Shown here: one piece after another, positions 9,001 through 24,771 of the stretch
Layout: each line of letters opens with the position of its first letter
Numbering within the stretch: the first letter of the stretch is position 1
Assembly (NCBI GenBank): GCA_051003195.1
Contig: JBPCLP010000053.1
Span: 32,001 to 96,000 of the forward strand
Direction of reading: 5' to 3'
Source of the DNA: Candidatus Sumerlaeaceae bacterium
GTDB lineage: Bacteria; Sumerlaeota; Sumerlaeia; Sumerlaeales; Sumerlaeaceae
Length of the DNA stretch: 64,000 nt
Notes under the pieces: generated by a model
The model's input: the letters and a program-made list of their open reading frames with translations, nothing else
What the model was told of the DNA's origin: nothing
Database searches by the model: none
Position numbers and translations under genes: made by a program

Positions 9001-10455
9001 ATGCGCTCAGCTTTTCCACACTTGCTGCCGGCAGTTATGTCAGTGCTGCTGCTCCCCTGCTCGATCGGTTTGGCGGGCGATCATTCTGCCGGCGTAAGCG
9101 CGTCCACGCCGCCGAACATCATCGTCATCCTGGCGGACGACCTGGGCTACGGCGACCTGGGCTGCTTTGGAAACACCGAATACCAGACGCCATGCCTGGA
9201 CAAGATGTCGAGCGAAGGCGTGCGGCTGACGCAGTTTTATGTCGCGTCGGGCGCGTGCTCGCCCTCGCGCGCGGCATTCCTGACGGGCAAGTATCCGTTG
9301 CGCGCGGGTGTTCCGCGGGTGCTTGGGCCGAAGAGCACCACGGGACTGCCACCGGAGGAGATCACGCTGGCGGAAATCCTGAAAAAGCGTGGATACGCAA
9401 CGCAGCTTGTGGGCAAATGGCACCTCGGGCACCAGCCAAAATTCCTGCCCACGCGGCAGGGGTTCGATCACTATTTTGGCATACCGTACAGCAATGACAT
9501 GAAACCCGCGCCACTGATGCGCGATACGCGGATTATCGAACAGACGATTGACCAGACCCAACTGACGCCGCGCTATACCGAGGAGGCTTTGCGCTTCATT
9601 GACGAGCAGACGTCCGCCGCGCGGCCGTTCTTTCTGTACTTTGCGCACAACTATCCGCACGTGCCGCTGCACGCATCCGAGAAATTCAAGGGCCGTAACG
9701 AACGCCTGTACGGGGACGTGATGCAGGAACTGGACTGGAGCGTGGGCCAGGTGATGGACCGACTGCGCGCATTGCGGCAGGAGAAGAACACGCTGGTGAT
9801 TTTCTTCAGCGATAACGGGCCGTGGCTGATAAAAGGAAGGGACGCGGGCTCCGCGGGGCCAATGCGCGATGGCAAGGGGACGCAGTACGAGGGAGGAATC
9901 CGGGTGCCGTGCATCGCATGGTGGCCGACACATCTGCCGGCCGGCGAGAGCATGGATGCGCCTGCGATTGCGACGGACCTGCTGCCGACAATTTGCCGCG
10001 TGACGGGTGCGCCGCTGCCGGAGAGAACGGCGCTGGACGGCGAAGATATTTTCCCGTTGCTGGAGGGCACCGGCTCGCCGTCGAAACGCACGCTGTTTTT
10101 CCCGGATTATTACGGGCACGACCATGTGGGCGCGGTGCGCGACGGCGACTGGAAGTTGATTACGGAGTGGCGCTGGCAGGAGATGCGCGGGGGCGAACGC
10201 GGCAAGACTTCGACGCGCGAGACGACGGAACCTGAGCTTTACAACATTGCCGCCGATCCGCGCGAGGCGCACAACCTTGCGGCTGAACATCCAGACAAAG
10301 TAAAATCGCTGACGCTTACAGCGGACGCGATGAGACGCAAACTGGACGCGGATGATCCGTGGCAGGGAATCGGGGATCCGAAAACGACAGAGTCGCTGGA
10401 TTTTGTCACGCCGGGGACAAAGACATATATGGGGAGTGCCACAGCCGGTGAGTGA
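9001..10455 (+). CDS. Arylsulfatase A-like sulfatase (Cys-type)
   Basis: PNIIVILADDLGYGD, CSPSRAAFLTG, GKWHLG, SDNG motifs; signal peptide. Confidence 0.95.
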   Translation: MRSAFPHLLPAVMSVLLLPCSIGLAGDHSAGVSASTPPNIIVILADDLGYGDLGCFGNTEYQTPCLDKMSSEGVRLTQFYVASGACSPSRAAFLTGKYPLRAGVPRVLGPKSTTGLPPEEITLAEILKKRGYATQLVGKWHLGHQPKFLPTRQGFDHYFGIPYSNDMKPAPLMRDTRIIEQTIDQTQLTPRYTEEALRFIDEQTSAARPFFLYFAHNYPHVPLHASEKFKGRNERLYGDVMQELDWSVGQVMDRLRALRQEKNTLVIFFSDNGPWLIKGRDAGSAGPMRDGKGTQYEGGIRVPCIAWWPTHLPAGESMDAPAIATDLLPTICRVTGAPLPERTALDGEDIFPLLEGTGSPSKRTLFFPDYYGHDHVGAVRDGDWKLITEWRWQEMRGGERGKTSTRETTEPELYNIAADPREAHNLAAEHPDKVKSLTLTADAMRRKLDADDPWQGIGDPKTTESLDFVTPGTKTYMGSATAGE

Positions 10456-10560
10456 TTCGCAGCCGCAGGAGTGTCTGTCGACATGGAGCCGGAGGCAGTT
10501 GGTCGTGCCGGGGGTGAGCGCGCTGATTGCGCTGGCGCTCATTCCGGTCGCGGAAAATTG

Positions 10561-15826
<5,266 letters not shown>

Positions 15827-15875
15827 TTGAAATTCAACGGCAGCCAAGGTGCCAGCTATTGACCCTCTTGTACAG

Positions 15876-16472
15876 CTATCCGCCATTAGGGCTCAGGCTA
15901 TGCGTTTGACTGAGGTCCAGGAAGTTTTTAAGGATCGTTTTGCCTTCCGTCGTCAGGATCGATTCCGGGTGGAACTGCACGCCCATGACCGGATGCTCCT
16001 TATGGCGAACACCCATGATAAGACCGTCGTTGGTTTGTGCGGTAATTTCCAGGCACGCCGGCAGCGTGTCGCGTTCAACAATAAGCGAGTGATAGCGCGT
16101 GGCGACAAAGGGATTTGGCAGGCCGGCGAACAGCGCATCGCCGTAATGCTCGATTTCGCTCGTTTTGCCGTGCATCACTTTTGGGGCACGGATTACGTTT
16201 CCGCCATAGGCCTGCCCAATGCATTGATGACCAAGGCACACGCCCAGCACAGGAATGGATTCGCCCAGCAGGCGGATGATGTCGAGCGAAACACCGGCCT
16301 CATTAGGCGTACATGGGCCGGGGCTGATCACGATGCACGAAGGCCCCATAGCAAGTATGCCGGATGCGTCGATTTTATCGTTCCGAATTACCTGCATTTC
16401 GGCACCCAGCTCGCCGAGATATTGCACCAGGTTATAGGTAAATGAATCGTAGTTATCGATCACGAGAATCAT
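15876..16472 (-). CDS. trpG: Anthranilate synthase component II (glutamine amidotransferase)
   Basis: [34 protein letters not shown]; directly follows trpE. Confidence 0.9.
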   Translation of the reverse strand: MILVIDNYDSFTYNLVQYLGELGAEMQVIRNDKIDASGILAMGPSCIVISPGPCTPNEAGVSLDIIRLLGESIPVLGVCLGHQCIGQAYGGNVIRAPKVMHGKTSEIEHYGDALFAGLPNPFVATRYHSLIVERDTLPACLEITAQTNDGLIMGVRHKEHPVMGVQFHPESILTTEGKTILKNFLDLSQTHSLSPNGG

Positions 16473-16476
16473 GGGT

Positions 16477-17961
16477 TCACTCCACTCCGTACTCGGCAAT
16501 TTCGATCGCCCGGATCATCGCGCTGGCCTTGTTGATGGTTTCCTTGTATTCCTCGGCAGGTTGAGAGTCTGCAACGATTCCAGCACCAGCCTGGATATAC
16601 GCATCCTCACCTTTGACGAGAATCGTCCGGATGGTGATGCAGGAGTCCAGATTGCCGTTGAAGCTGAAGTACCCGACAGAACCCGCATAAGTGCCGCGGT
16701 TCATTGGCTCGATCTCATCAATGATCTGCATCGCCCGGATTTTGGGTGCACCACTTACGGTGCCGGCCGGGAAGGCGGCTTTGAACACGTCGAAGGCGTC
16801 GTACTGGGGATCGAGCTTCCCGCGAACATTGGATACGATGTGCATCACGTGCGAGGAACGCTCGACCACCATCAGTTCGTCGACGGCGACCGTTCCATAA
16901 TTGCAAACGCGACCGCAGTCATTGCGACCCAAGTCCACGAGCATGATGTGTTCCGCGCATTCCTTGGGGTCCGCCAGAAGCTCCTTCTCGAGTGCAAGAT
17001 CCTGTTCTTTCGTATCGCCGCGCTTTCGTGTGCCGGCAATGGGCCGCACCTGTACTTCCCCGTCGGCGACGCGAACGAGAATTTCCGGGCTGGACCCAGC
17101 CAGGCGCAGGTCGCCGAATTTCAGGTAAAACATGTATGGCGATGGGTTGACCGCCCGTAGTGCGCGGTAAATTTCAAAGGCGTCGCACGATACGGGCACG
17201 TGAAATCTCTGGCTGATGACGACCTGGAAAACGTCACCCGCGGCAATGTACTCTTTGCATTTATCGACGGCTTCTTCAAAGGAATCCTGGGAGAAGTTGG
17301 AACGCACTTCAACGGGCTGGGTGTTCACCGTCTGCTCGCTCGTGTATATGGGCCGCGCGAGCTGCGAATGAAGTTGTCCGATGCGCTTAACCGCTTCTTC
17401 ATACGCCTGATCGGGCGTGGTGCGTTCAGTCACATGCGCATTCACCAGGATTTTTAACCGGTGTCGCACATGATCGAAGATCAACACAGAGTCGGTGACG
17501 ATGAAGTAGATATCCGGAACTCCGAGATCGTCTTTCTGGCCGTTGCCGATTGGCTCCAGGTTCCGAATCTCATCGTAGCTCACATAGCCAACCGCGCCTC
17601 CACAGAAGGGAGGCAGCGTAGGATCGGCAACCGGCTTGAACTGCTTCATGACCTCGCGCAGGCGGTCCAGCGGTGCGAAATCATGGAAGGATTCCTTGCG
17701 GCCGCCGGCGTAGCTGATTTCGACTTCGTGCTTCTTGCTGCGGAAGATGATGTGCGGATTGGCGCCGAGAAAGCTGTAGCGGCCGAGGTTCTCGCCTCCC
17801 TCGACGCTCTCCAGCAGGAAAGCGTATTTAGCATCGCCGATCTTTTTAAAAGCCGAGACGGGCGTGTCCATGTCGGCAACGATTTCGCGATACACCGGAA
17901 TCAGGTTTCCCTGCTCCGCCTTCGCAAGAAACTCTTCTCGGGTGGGATAGATGTTTGCCAT
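16477..17961 (-). CDS. trpE: Anthranilate synthase component I
   Basis: [50 protein letters not shown]. Confidence 0.95.
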   Translation of the reverse strand: MANIYPTREEFLAKAEQGNLIPVYREIVADMDTPVSAFKKIGDAKYAFLLESVEGGENLGRYSFLGANPHIIFRSKKHEVEISYAGGRKESFHDFAPLDRLREVMKQFKPVADPTLPPFCGGAVGYVSYDEIRNLEPIGNGQKDDLGVPDIYFIVTDSVLIFDHVRHRLKILVNAHVTERTTPDQAYEEAVKRIGQLHSQLARPIYTSEQTVNTQPVEVRSNFSQDSFEEAVDKCKEYIAAGDVFQVVISQRFHVPVSCDAFEIYRALRAVNPSPYMFYLKFGDLRLAGSSPEILVRVADGEVQVRPIAGTRKRGDTKEQDLALEKELLADPKECAEHIMLVDLGRNDCGRVCNYGTVAVDELMVVERSSHVMHIVSNVRGKLDPQYDAFDVFKAAFPAGTVSGAPKIRAMQIIDEIEPMNRGTYAGSVGYFSFNGNLDSCITIRTILVKGEDAYIQAGAGIVADSQPAEEYKETINKASAMIRAIEIAEYGVE

Positions 17962-18089
17962 TAAAGTCCCTGCCCATAGCTTGTCGGTTCACTGTGGATG
18001 TCGAGAAACATTATAGATTCTTTCCGGTAAAAACAGCGATGAGTTAGCGTCGCCATACTGACGTGCGCGCATTGCGGAACAACCACAGG

Positions 18090-18473
18090 TTAGCGGCCGT
18101 AGACCTCTTCCGCCGCAAAAACCTTTTCCCCCGTCTCACGCCATCGTTCGCCGTCGGCCACGCGATAAAAGCACGATCGATAGCCGTTATGGCACGCGCC
18201 GCCCACCTGTTCCACGCCCAGCAGCACTACATCGCCATCACAATCCAACCGGATCGAATGGACAGTCTGGGTATGGCCGGAGCTCTGACCCTTGAGCCAC
18301 AATTCCTTGCGGCTGCGACTCCAATAGCAGGCCTGTTTCTCCTCGATTGTGCGCGCCAGGGACTCGCGGTTCATCCACGCGAACATCAGTACCTCGCCCG
18401 TGGCGTGGTCCTGCACGATCGCGGGAACGAGTCCCTTATCATCGAATTTAACCTGGCTAAGTAGAGCGTCCAT
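18090..18473 (-). CDS. hisI: Phosphoribosyl-AMP cyclohydrolase
   Basis: [35 protein letters not shown]. Confidence 0.95.
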   Translation of the reverse strand: MDALLSQVKFDDKGLVPAIVQDHATGEVLMFAWMNRESLARTIEEKQACYWSRSRKELWLKGQSSGHTQTVHSIRLDCDGDVVLLGVEQVGGACHNGYRSCFYRVADGERWRETGEKVFAAEEVYGR

Positions 18474-18605
18474 ATCCGAGTGCGGCGGTAACGAGATAAA
18501 TCCCGTCACCAAAGTACAAGCATATAACCGCCAGCCGATCAGAAATTTACTGCACTACCTTACGGGCCCCTAGTCCGCTGCCTCGATTCCACCTGCTACA
18601 GTCCA

Positions 18606-19043
18606 TCATTTTATGGCATTTAAGAGCGTCGAACTACTCATGGTGGTGTGCTCCCAGTAATGGGCTGAATCGGCAGACCTGTGCCTCATTTGCACACTGC
18701 CCGTTGGTGCAGTTTTTAGCGAAAAGACCGATGGCAGTGAGGTAGTCCCTGAAGCAGGAAATTGACTACCCGCTGAGTCCAATGTTCCCGATGTCGCACT
18801 GATCAGCTCAGGCCCCAACGATTTAAACACAATACCTCCCGCCAGCCTGCTGGTTGTGGTAGTCAGCCCGCTGTCTTCCATTTCGCCCATGTCGTGAGCA
18901 TTGGCAGCAGATGCGGATAGGGCTAAACCGAGCGCCAGCCATCGAGCGCCATTTTGCGCAGCTCTCAGACTTTCTACCAGATGTTCTGCAACTGCCGCAT
19001 GTAGATCTGGCCGTCCCCGCCTTCCGCCTGGGTCGATTCCCAT
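18606..19043 (-). CDS. Hypothetical, possibly secreted protein (start uncertain)
   Basis: Signal-like WLALGLALSASAANA followed by Ser/Thr-rich sequence; fills the gap in a co-oriented run. Confidence 0.4.
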   Translation of the reverse strand: MGIDPGGRRGRPDLHAAVAEHLVESLRAAQNGARWLALGLALSASAANAHDMGEMEDSGLTTTTSRLAGGIVFKSLGPELISATSGTLDSAGSQFPASGTTSLPSVFSLKTAPTGSVQMRHRSADSAHYWEHTTMSSSTLLNAIK

Positions 19044-20176
19044 ACCACTACCGCATCTTTACCACCGGACGCCGTCCGGGGATTCCCGTAATACAGTTCT
19101 TCTCCATCGGACAGTTTAACTGAGGTCGACTCTCGAGCCGAGCGCCCATAAGCAGCGTATATCTGCGTTCCTTCGATGACGGACGTTGAACACCATGCAG
19201 CTACAATTGCGTCGCCGGCAGCGGCCCCGCTGATCTGGCTATTCGATGCATCCAGAGGCTGGTCGAGCGTTTCACCAGCACCGAGCAGCCGCGCTGCCTG
19301 TTCGCCAAAGTAGACACGATCAAAGTCCGCTTCGTTCTCAGTACCGGGAGGTTTTTCAAACCAGAACGCGGCCAACGGACCGGCAGGACGGCGTATAAGC
19401 TGCGGCAATGGCTCGCCCGGCAGGTTGTCCAGCTCTGCGAGCTTTGCATCGCCCCACAGCCCGGCGCTGCGCACATAACGTTCGCCGACAAGGTAGAAAC
19501 CATCTTCACGCCCGGCATACCATAGAATCGTGGGCTCCGGATCAAAAACGACTTCAGGAAACAGGTTATGCGTCTGTGCGGCGGGAGTCAGCGCCTCGAC
19601 ATGGAACGTTCCTTTTCCATCCAGAAATGCACAGTGAACTTCGTATGCGCTGCCGCGTGCGGACTGCCACACAATCCAGGGACTTCCCTGGTCATCCAGC
19701 TTAATTGTGACATAGTCGCAATCGCCCGCTGCCTCAGTGGCAGGCAAGCTCATGCTGTTCCATTTGCCTGCAATACGCGCGGCATAATGGGGAACAAATC
19801 TGCCATCGGTCAAAGCGATCCACGCAACGTGCGGATTGCCTGCCGCATCGACGTCGAGCGCCGGAAGTTCATTTTCACCAAGCGGTAGCGCATCGAGGAT
19901 GATTTCCGGCAACCATGTACCGTTCACGGCTTCGCGCAACAAGATGCGGCGCTCTTTGCCGACCAGGCCTTCCCACGCTACAAAAGTATGTACGCCGTCC
20001 TGCGAGCATGCGACCACGGGATGGCGGTTATCCGTCGAGCGCCCACTGAGAACGAGCGCCTCTCCGAGGGAGGGTGCCGCGATCGCATTCTGACTCGACA
20101 GCAATCCAAGCGTCACGCATGCGTAGAACGCCGCGGCCTGGACTGCAGTATGTAGTCGGGGCAAAATCATAGCCAA
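18974..20176 (-). CDS. Secreted hypothetical protein, probable beta-propeller
   Basis: 400 aa; signal peptide; recurring P-x(n)-G-x-hVAW units. Confidence 0.7.
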   Translation of the reverse strand: MAMILPRLHTAVQAAAFYACVTLGLLSSQNAIAAPSLGEALVLSGRSTDNRHPVVACSQDGVHTFVAWEGLVGKERRILLREAVNGTWLPEIILDALPLGENELPALDVDAAGNPHVAWIALTDGRFVPHYAARIAGKWNSMSLPATEAAGDCDYVTIKLDDQGSPWIVWQSARGSAYEVHCAFLDGKGTFHVEALTPAAQTHNLFPEVVFDPEPTILWYAGREDGFYLVGERYVRSAGLWGDAKLAELDNLPGEPLPQLIRRPAGPLAAFWFEKPPGTENEADFDRVYFGEQAARLLGAGETLDQPLDASNSQISGAAAGDAIVAAWCSTSVIEGTQIYAAYGRSARESTSVKLSDGEELYYGNPRTASGGKDAVVVWESTQAEGGDGQIYMRQLQNIW

Positions 20177-20213
20177 TTAAGTATTACGGTGTAAGTGCCC
20201 TATTTACGGGCAA

Positions 20214-21281
20214 CTAAGAAATAAGACGAAGATCTTTCGAAAGCGTTGTCAAATTCCGAAAACCTTTTTTCGTCACCACCACCAAATCTTCGATCCGGAC
20301 CCCGCCAAAACCGGGGATGTAGATGCCAGGTTCGACGGTGACGACCATGCCTTCGCGCAGTATTTCCTCACTACGGGGGTTCAGCGTGGGTGCTTCGTGA
20401 ATCTCGAGTCCAACACCATGGCCAAGCCCATGGCCAAATTGCTCGCCATATCCAGCGTCCGAGATGATGGTCCGAGCTGCGGCATCCACGTCTTTGCACA
20501 GGGCGCCCGGGCGAATCTTTTTTAGCGCGGCGATTTGCGCGGCCTTAACGATTTCATAGACCTCGCGGTGCTGCGGGGAGGCCTCTCCAACGCATGCGGT
20601 CCGGGTTAGATCGCTGTGGTAGAGCCTGTCCCGTACACCCATGTCGATCAGAAGATAATCGCCTGTGCGAATTTTTGTTTTTCCTGGTGTTGCGTGCGGT
20701 AAGCTGGTGTTCTGGCCGGTAGCGGCTATGGTCTCGAAAGCTTCCTCCACGCGATTGATGAACATAAGCCGCCGGACCTTGCGCTGAATGTCGAATTCAG
20801 TCTCGCCGGGCTGAGCCGTCTGCAGGATCAGATCGCATAACGCCTGGTTCAGCTTCTGGTTTTTGGCGATCTGTTTAGTCTCGGCAGGTTCCTTGATGGA
20901 TCGGAGCTCCCGCAGAATGTTCCCCGCCTCTATGAAGGTCGTGCGCCCCGCTGCCTTCTTGAATCTTTTAAACTGGTCGTAGGTGATGCCGCCTTCAAAT
21001 CCCAGTCTCTTAACGCCGACCTTCCTGATTAGGTCCCGCAGTTCGCCCGTTGCGTTCTGCGTCATGCGGAGTACCTTGTAGCCGCTGATCTGCTGCGTCG
21101 CTTTTTCTATGTACCTGAAGTCGGTGAGAAAAAACGCGTCGCGCCGCGTGACGAGCACGACGCAGTTGCTCGAAGAAAAGCGCGAGAGATACAGTGCGTT
21201 AGTGCGGGTGCTGACAAGCATGCCGTCGAGCTTCTCTTTGCGCATTGCGGCACGCAGAAGCGTGAGGCGTTCGTCACTCAT
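20214..21281 (-). CDS. Xaa-Pro aminopeptidase/dipeptidase (M24B)
   Basis: TDFRY, SLPHA, IDMG..SDLTRT, HGLGHGVGLEIHEAP, VEPGIY, GVRIED. Confidence 0.95.
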   Translation of the reverse strand: MSDERLTLLRAAMRKEKLDGMLVSTRTNALYLSRFSSSNCVVLVTRRDAFFLTDFRYIEKATQQISGYKVLRMTQNATGELRDLIRKVGVKRLGFEGGITYDQFKRFKKAAGRTTFIEAGNILRELRSIKEPAETKQIAKNQKLNQALCDLILQTAQPGETEFDIQRKVRRLMFINRVEEAFETIAATGQNTSLPHATPGKTKIRTGDYLLIDMGVRDRLYHSDLTRTACVGEASPQHREVYEIVKAAQIAALKKIRPGALCKDVDAAARTIISDAGYGEQFGHGLGHGVGLEIHEAPTLNPRSEEILREGMVVTVEPGIYIPGFGGVRIEDLVVVTKKGFRNLTTLSKDLRLIS

Positions 21282-21901
21282 TAGAGGGTATCTTCGCCAC
21301 TCATGACAATTGTCTGGTGGTTTGAGGAGTGTCGCTCGGCATCGATGATTTTCCGGATGATCCCGATCGTTTGCTCCAAGTCCTCGTTGACCACCGCGTA
21401 GTCGTACTTCTGCGCGAAAGGTATCTCCAGGCGCGCATTGCGCATCCGCGTCTGGATGATTGCATCGTTGTCAGTATCGCGATTTCGGAGACGCTCTTCA
21501 AGTACGCGCAGGCTGGGCGGCAGCACGAAGATGAGCACTGCCTTGTCGTTCAGCTTCTTTATGTTCAGGCCGCCCTGCACATCGAGGTCGAGCACCACAT
21601 CCATGCCGCCCTCCAGCCTGGCATCTACGAGGTCACGCCGCGTACCGTAGAAGTTGCCATGCACGCGTGCCCACTCATAAAAGCTTTCACCAGCAATGAG
21701 ATGATTAAACTCATCTTCTCCGACAAAGTGATAATCGTGACCATCGACCTCATGACCGCGGCGTGGACGGCTGGTGACCGAAACTGAGTAGCATAAGCGG
21801 GTGTCTGCATCGAGCAGCGCCTTGCAGATCGAGCTTTTTCCGCCTCCCGAGGGCGAGGACAAGATGATGAGAATGCCTTGCGGCTTTAACGAAATCGGCA
21901 T
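21281..21901 (-). CDS. gmk: Guanylate kinase
   Basis: SSPSGGGKSS, TSRPRRGHEVDGHDYHF, VHGNFYGT, DVQGG. Confidence 0.95.
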   Translation of the reverse strand: MPISLKPQGILIILSSPSGGGKSSICKALLDADTRLCYSVSVTSRPRRGHEVDGHDYHFVGEDEFNHLIAGESFYEWARVHGNFYGTRRDLVDARLEGGMDVVLDLDVQGGLNIKKLNDKAVLIFVLPPSLRVLEERLRNRDTDNDAIIQTRMRNARLEIPFAQKYDYAVVNEDLEQTIGIIRKIIDAERHSSNHQTIVMSGEDTL

Positions 21902-21932
21902 CCGGCCACTATCTGGAGACCTTGATGGGCGG

Positions 21933-22370
21933 TCAAGGCGATTCAGGGTTCCATTGCTGGTCGGATGCGAAGTCGGATGCGGACAGGCTGACGTGGCGCC
22001 TGAGCATTAAAAAGCACCCGGCGCCGATAACCACTGCGATCGCATCGATCATCCAGTCGGCGAAATCGCAACTGCGCCTGGGTACCCATAGCTGGTGCAT
22101 TTCATCGGTGGCGCCATAGACCCAGCCGGCGAGCACAGCCGCACTGCCGCGCCACCGCAATTCCAACCAGCGCGCCAGAAGGATTCCAAATGGCGTGTAT
22201 AGCGCAAAATGCACCCACTTATCTGCAAAGCGCCATCCAACCTCGGGGTAGTTGTTCCCGGGAACGGAAGAAAGAATGAACAGCAATAACGCCCAGGCCA
22301 AAACGGGCATCCACTTGATTACCGGGTCGCCAGGAAATACGAACCAGCGAAAGAACCGCGGGAACGGCAT
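21933..22370 (-). CDS. VanZ-like membrane protein
   Basis: DKWVHFALY, YGATDEMHQLWVPRRSC..DW..D motifs. Confidence 0.85.
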   Translation of the reverse strand: MPFPRFFRWFVFPGDPVIKWMPVLAWALLLFILSSVPGNNYPEVGWRFADKWVHFALYTPFGILLARWLELRWRGSAAVLAGWVYGATDEMHQLWVPRRSCDFADWMIDAIAVVIGAGCFLMLRRHVSLSASDFASDQQWNPESP

Positions 22371-22377
22371 TAGTGAA

Positions 22378-22725
22378 TCACGCGTTGACGGCTCTTCCGC
22401 CCTGAAGCATCTCGATTGGCCGTGCTTCGCGGCCTTCACTCTTGGAATAGACCTGCTTGCCGTCGACTTCGACGGAATCGACGATGCAAACGATCGCGGC
22501 GTCGACCGGCTTGTTCGTCGTCTGCCCGGTCAATCGTGCACTGCTGCCCTGCACCACGATGACGAGCTCGTTTGGGCCGGCGCCCACTGCGTCGCATGCC
22601 ACGGTATAGCTGTTCATCAGCTTCATGTTAACGTCGACGTTCTGCACAACCAGTAGATTAAAGCCACGCATGCCTTCATCTTTTTGCGTCGAAACGACGG
22701 TTCCGACCACGCGACCCATTAACAT
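22378..22725 (-). CDS. Bacterial microcompartment vertex pentamer (EutN/CcmL family)
   Basis: GRVVGTVVSTQK, DAVGAG, QGSSAR, PVDAAIVCIVD. Confidence 0.95.
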   Translation of the reverse strand: MLMGRVVGTVVSTQKDEGMRGFNLLVVQNVDVNMKLMNSYTVACDAVGAGPNELVIVVQGSSARLTGQTTNKPVDAAIVCIVDSVEVDGKQVYSKSEGREARPIEMLQGGRAVNA

Positions 22726-22845
22726 GAAGAAACTCCTAATCGTAGATTCAAAATTCTAAATTCAAATCGCTTTAGCTTCTGTCGGAGCATCTGAAATGCA
22801 AGGAGCGAGATGCCCGATTGTTAATTTTGAATCGTCTAACCTGGA

Positions 22846-23832
22846 TTATTTTTTAGGCTCGCCCATTTTGCACAGCTTGTCTGCGACGGCCTCCAGTTCC
22901 ACACGCATTTTAAGCGATTCGAGCCAGCGTTCGGGAATTGCCTGCTCGCCAAAGCGTGCACCCAGCAGCGCGCCTGCAACGGCGCCCAGGGTGGCGGCGT
23001 CCCCGCCGAGGTTTACCGCGCGAACCAGGCCTTCCTCGAAATCGATGGCGTTGAGCGTGAGCCAGTAGCCGGCCTGCGTTGTCTCGATGGCCATGCCGTT
23101 CGCTTTTAGGTCATCATACTGGACGTCGTTGACCGCCTTCAGGAATTTTACCATATCCTGCAGCGGATCGGCCGCATCTTCTTCGCCGACCTGCTCCCGG
23201 TATTCTTTCGTGGCGCGGGAATCTGCCAGGAAGCGCCATGTTTTAAACAGCAACTTGGAAGGATCCTTGCCGCTGGTTAGATAGCTGATCCCGAAATTAA
23301 AAGCAATGCACGCATCCACGCAACGGGGGTCATGGTGTGTAAGACGGCAAACGTCCATGGTCTCCTGCACCAGTTCCTTCGGTTGGACGCGACGCAGCAT
23401 GCCAACAGGTGCGACCCGGACAATGCAGCCGCTGCCGGCAACATCGCCGCCCCGCTGTTGCCACACCTTGGTGGCCGCAGAGAAGATGTCCTTCGCTTTG
23501 GGCTTTAAACTGCTTAAAACGGATCGGGTGGTGGGGCCTATCCCCTTTCCACTGCCGTTGCTGTTGATGTATTCGACCATGTGGCCTGCGATAATCCGTA
23601 TCTCAGCGCCCTGGTTCTCGATCAGTGACTTGGCCACAACATAAGCAAGTCGGGTATCGTCGCCAACTTCGCCGGCTTTAGAGTTCAGTCTTCCTCCGCC
23701 AACAAGTTCGCGATGGATTCCGTACTTCTCTTTCACCTCTGAACGACTCATGGCATCCACGGTGGCGCCTAGCGCGTCGCCAATTGCTGCGCCGACAAGC
23801 GCCCCCCTGTAGCTGTCCTGCGTCTGGTTCAT
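22846..23832 (-). CDS. ADP-ribosylglycohydrolase family protein (DraG/ARH-like)
   Basis: GAAIGDALG, GDDT, THHDP, NLGGDAAT, GALLGARFG. Confidence 0.85.
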   Translation of the reverse strand: MNQTQDSYRGALVGAAIGDALGATVDAMSRSEVKEKYGIHRELVGGGRLNSKAGEVGDDTRLAYVVAKSLIENQGAEIRIIAGHMVEYINSNGSGKGIGPTTRSVLSSLKPKAKDIFSAATKVWQQRGGDVAGSGCIVRVAPVGMLRRVQPKELVQETMDVCRLTHHDPRCVDACIAFNFGISYLTSGKDPSKLLFKTWRFLADSRATKEYREQVGEEDAADPLQDMVKFLKAVNDVQYDDLKANGMAIETTQAGYWLTLNAIDFEEGLVRAVNLGGDAATLGAVAGALLGARFGEQAIPERWLESLKMRVELEAVADKLCKMGEPKK

Positions 23833-23881
23833 GGTTTCCTTTCTCAGTTACTCCGGCCAGCTTAGAACCGGCTCGTGTTGG

Positions 23882-24763
23882 TTAGTATTCGTGCTTCTGT
23901 TCTGGAAACGTCCCGCTCCGCACATCCGTACAGAACTCTCGCACCGCGGATTCCATTGTTTCCAGCATACTTGCGTATTGTTTGACGAACTTGGGTGGGA
24001 CATCGGATGACAGGCCGATCAAATCTGTCATTACAAGAACCTGGCCGTCGCAGCCTTTTCCCGCGCCAATACCTATCGTTGCGACCTGGAGCGATGCCGT
24101 TATCTCAGTTGCTACTTCCGGGTCCATTGCCTCCAGGACGATCGCAAAGGCTCCGGCTTCCTGTAACGCATGGGCATCTTCCAGGAGTTTTGCCGCGCTC
24201 TCGTCCTGGCGGCCCTGGACGCGATATCCGCCGAGCTTGTGAACGGCCTGTGGCGTGAGGCCAATATGGCCCATTACCGGGATTCCGGCGTTGCTGATGG
24301 CCCGCACTGAATTTGCGATTTCGATGCCGCCTTCAAGCTTCACGGCTTCGGCGCCCCCGGCCTGTACCAATCGGCCGGCGCTAAGGAGCGCCTGTTCCGC
24401 GGAGGCCTGATAGGTCAAAAAGGGCAGGTCCGCGATAAGAAATGCCCGTTTGACGCCCCTGTGCACCGCCGCTGTATGGTGGACCATAATATCGAGGGTG
24501 ACCGGGATGGTTGAATCGTAGCCTAACGCCACCATTCCCAAAGAATCACCCACCAATACGGCATCGCATCCAGCGCTGTCCGCTGCGACGCCGGTAGGGT
24601 AATCGTAAGCGGTAACGATGGCGATTTTGTGCCCGCGCTGCTTCAGCATCGCGAAGTGATGCACACGCCGTTTGGGTTCGGCGACCGCTCGCCGTGGGCT
24701 TGTCATGGGCTCACAATACATCCGTCTTATAGAATTCAGCACAGCAATCGCCGATTTTTCCAC
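23882..24763 (-). CDS. panB: 3-methyl-2-oxobutanoate hydroxymethyltransferase
   Basis: TAYD, LVGDSLGM, KLEGG, GHIGLTPQ, GIGAG..DGQVLV; start may be 24706. Confidence 0.95.
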   Translation of the reverse strand: MEKSAIAVLNSIRRMYCEPMTSPRRAVAEPKRRVHHFAMLKQRGHKIAIVTAYDYPTGVAADSAGCDAVLVGDSLGMVALGYDSTIPVTLDIMVHHTAAVHRGVKRAFLIADLPFLTYQASAEQALLSAGRLVQAGGAEAVKLEGGIEIANSVRAISNAGIPVMGHIGLTPQAVHKLGGYRVQGRQDESAAKLLEDAHALQEAGAFAIVLEAMDPEVATEITASLQVATIGIGAGKGCDGQVLVMTDLIGLSSDVPPKFVKQYASMLETMESAVREFCTDVRSGTFPEQKHEY

Positions 24764-24771
24764 AACGGCAG

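Noticed and set aside
9040..10542. Long antisense or alternate-frame ORFs (500 aa here; also 6921-8171, 55433-56791, 62957-63868)
   Set aside because: Shadow frames of well-supported genes in GC-rich DNA, with no recognisable motifs
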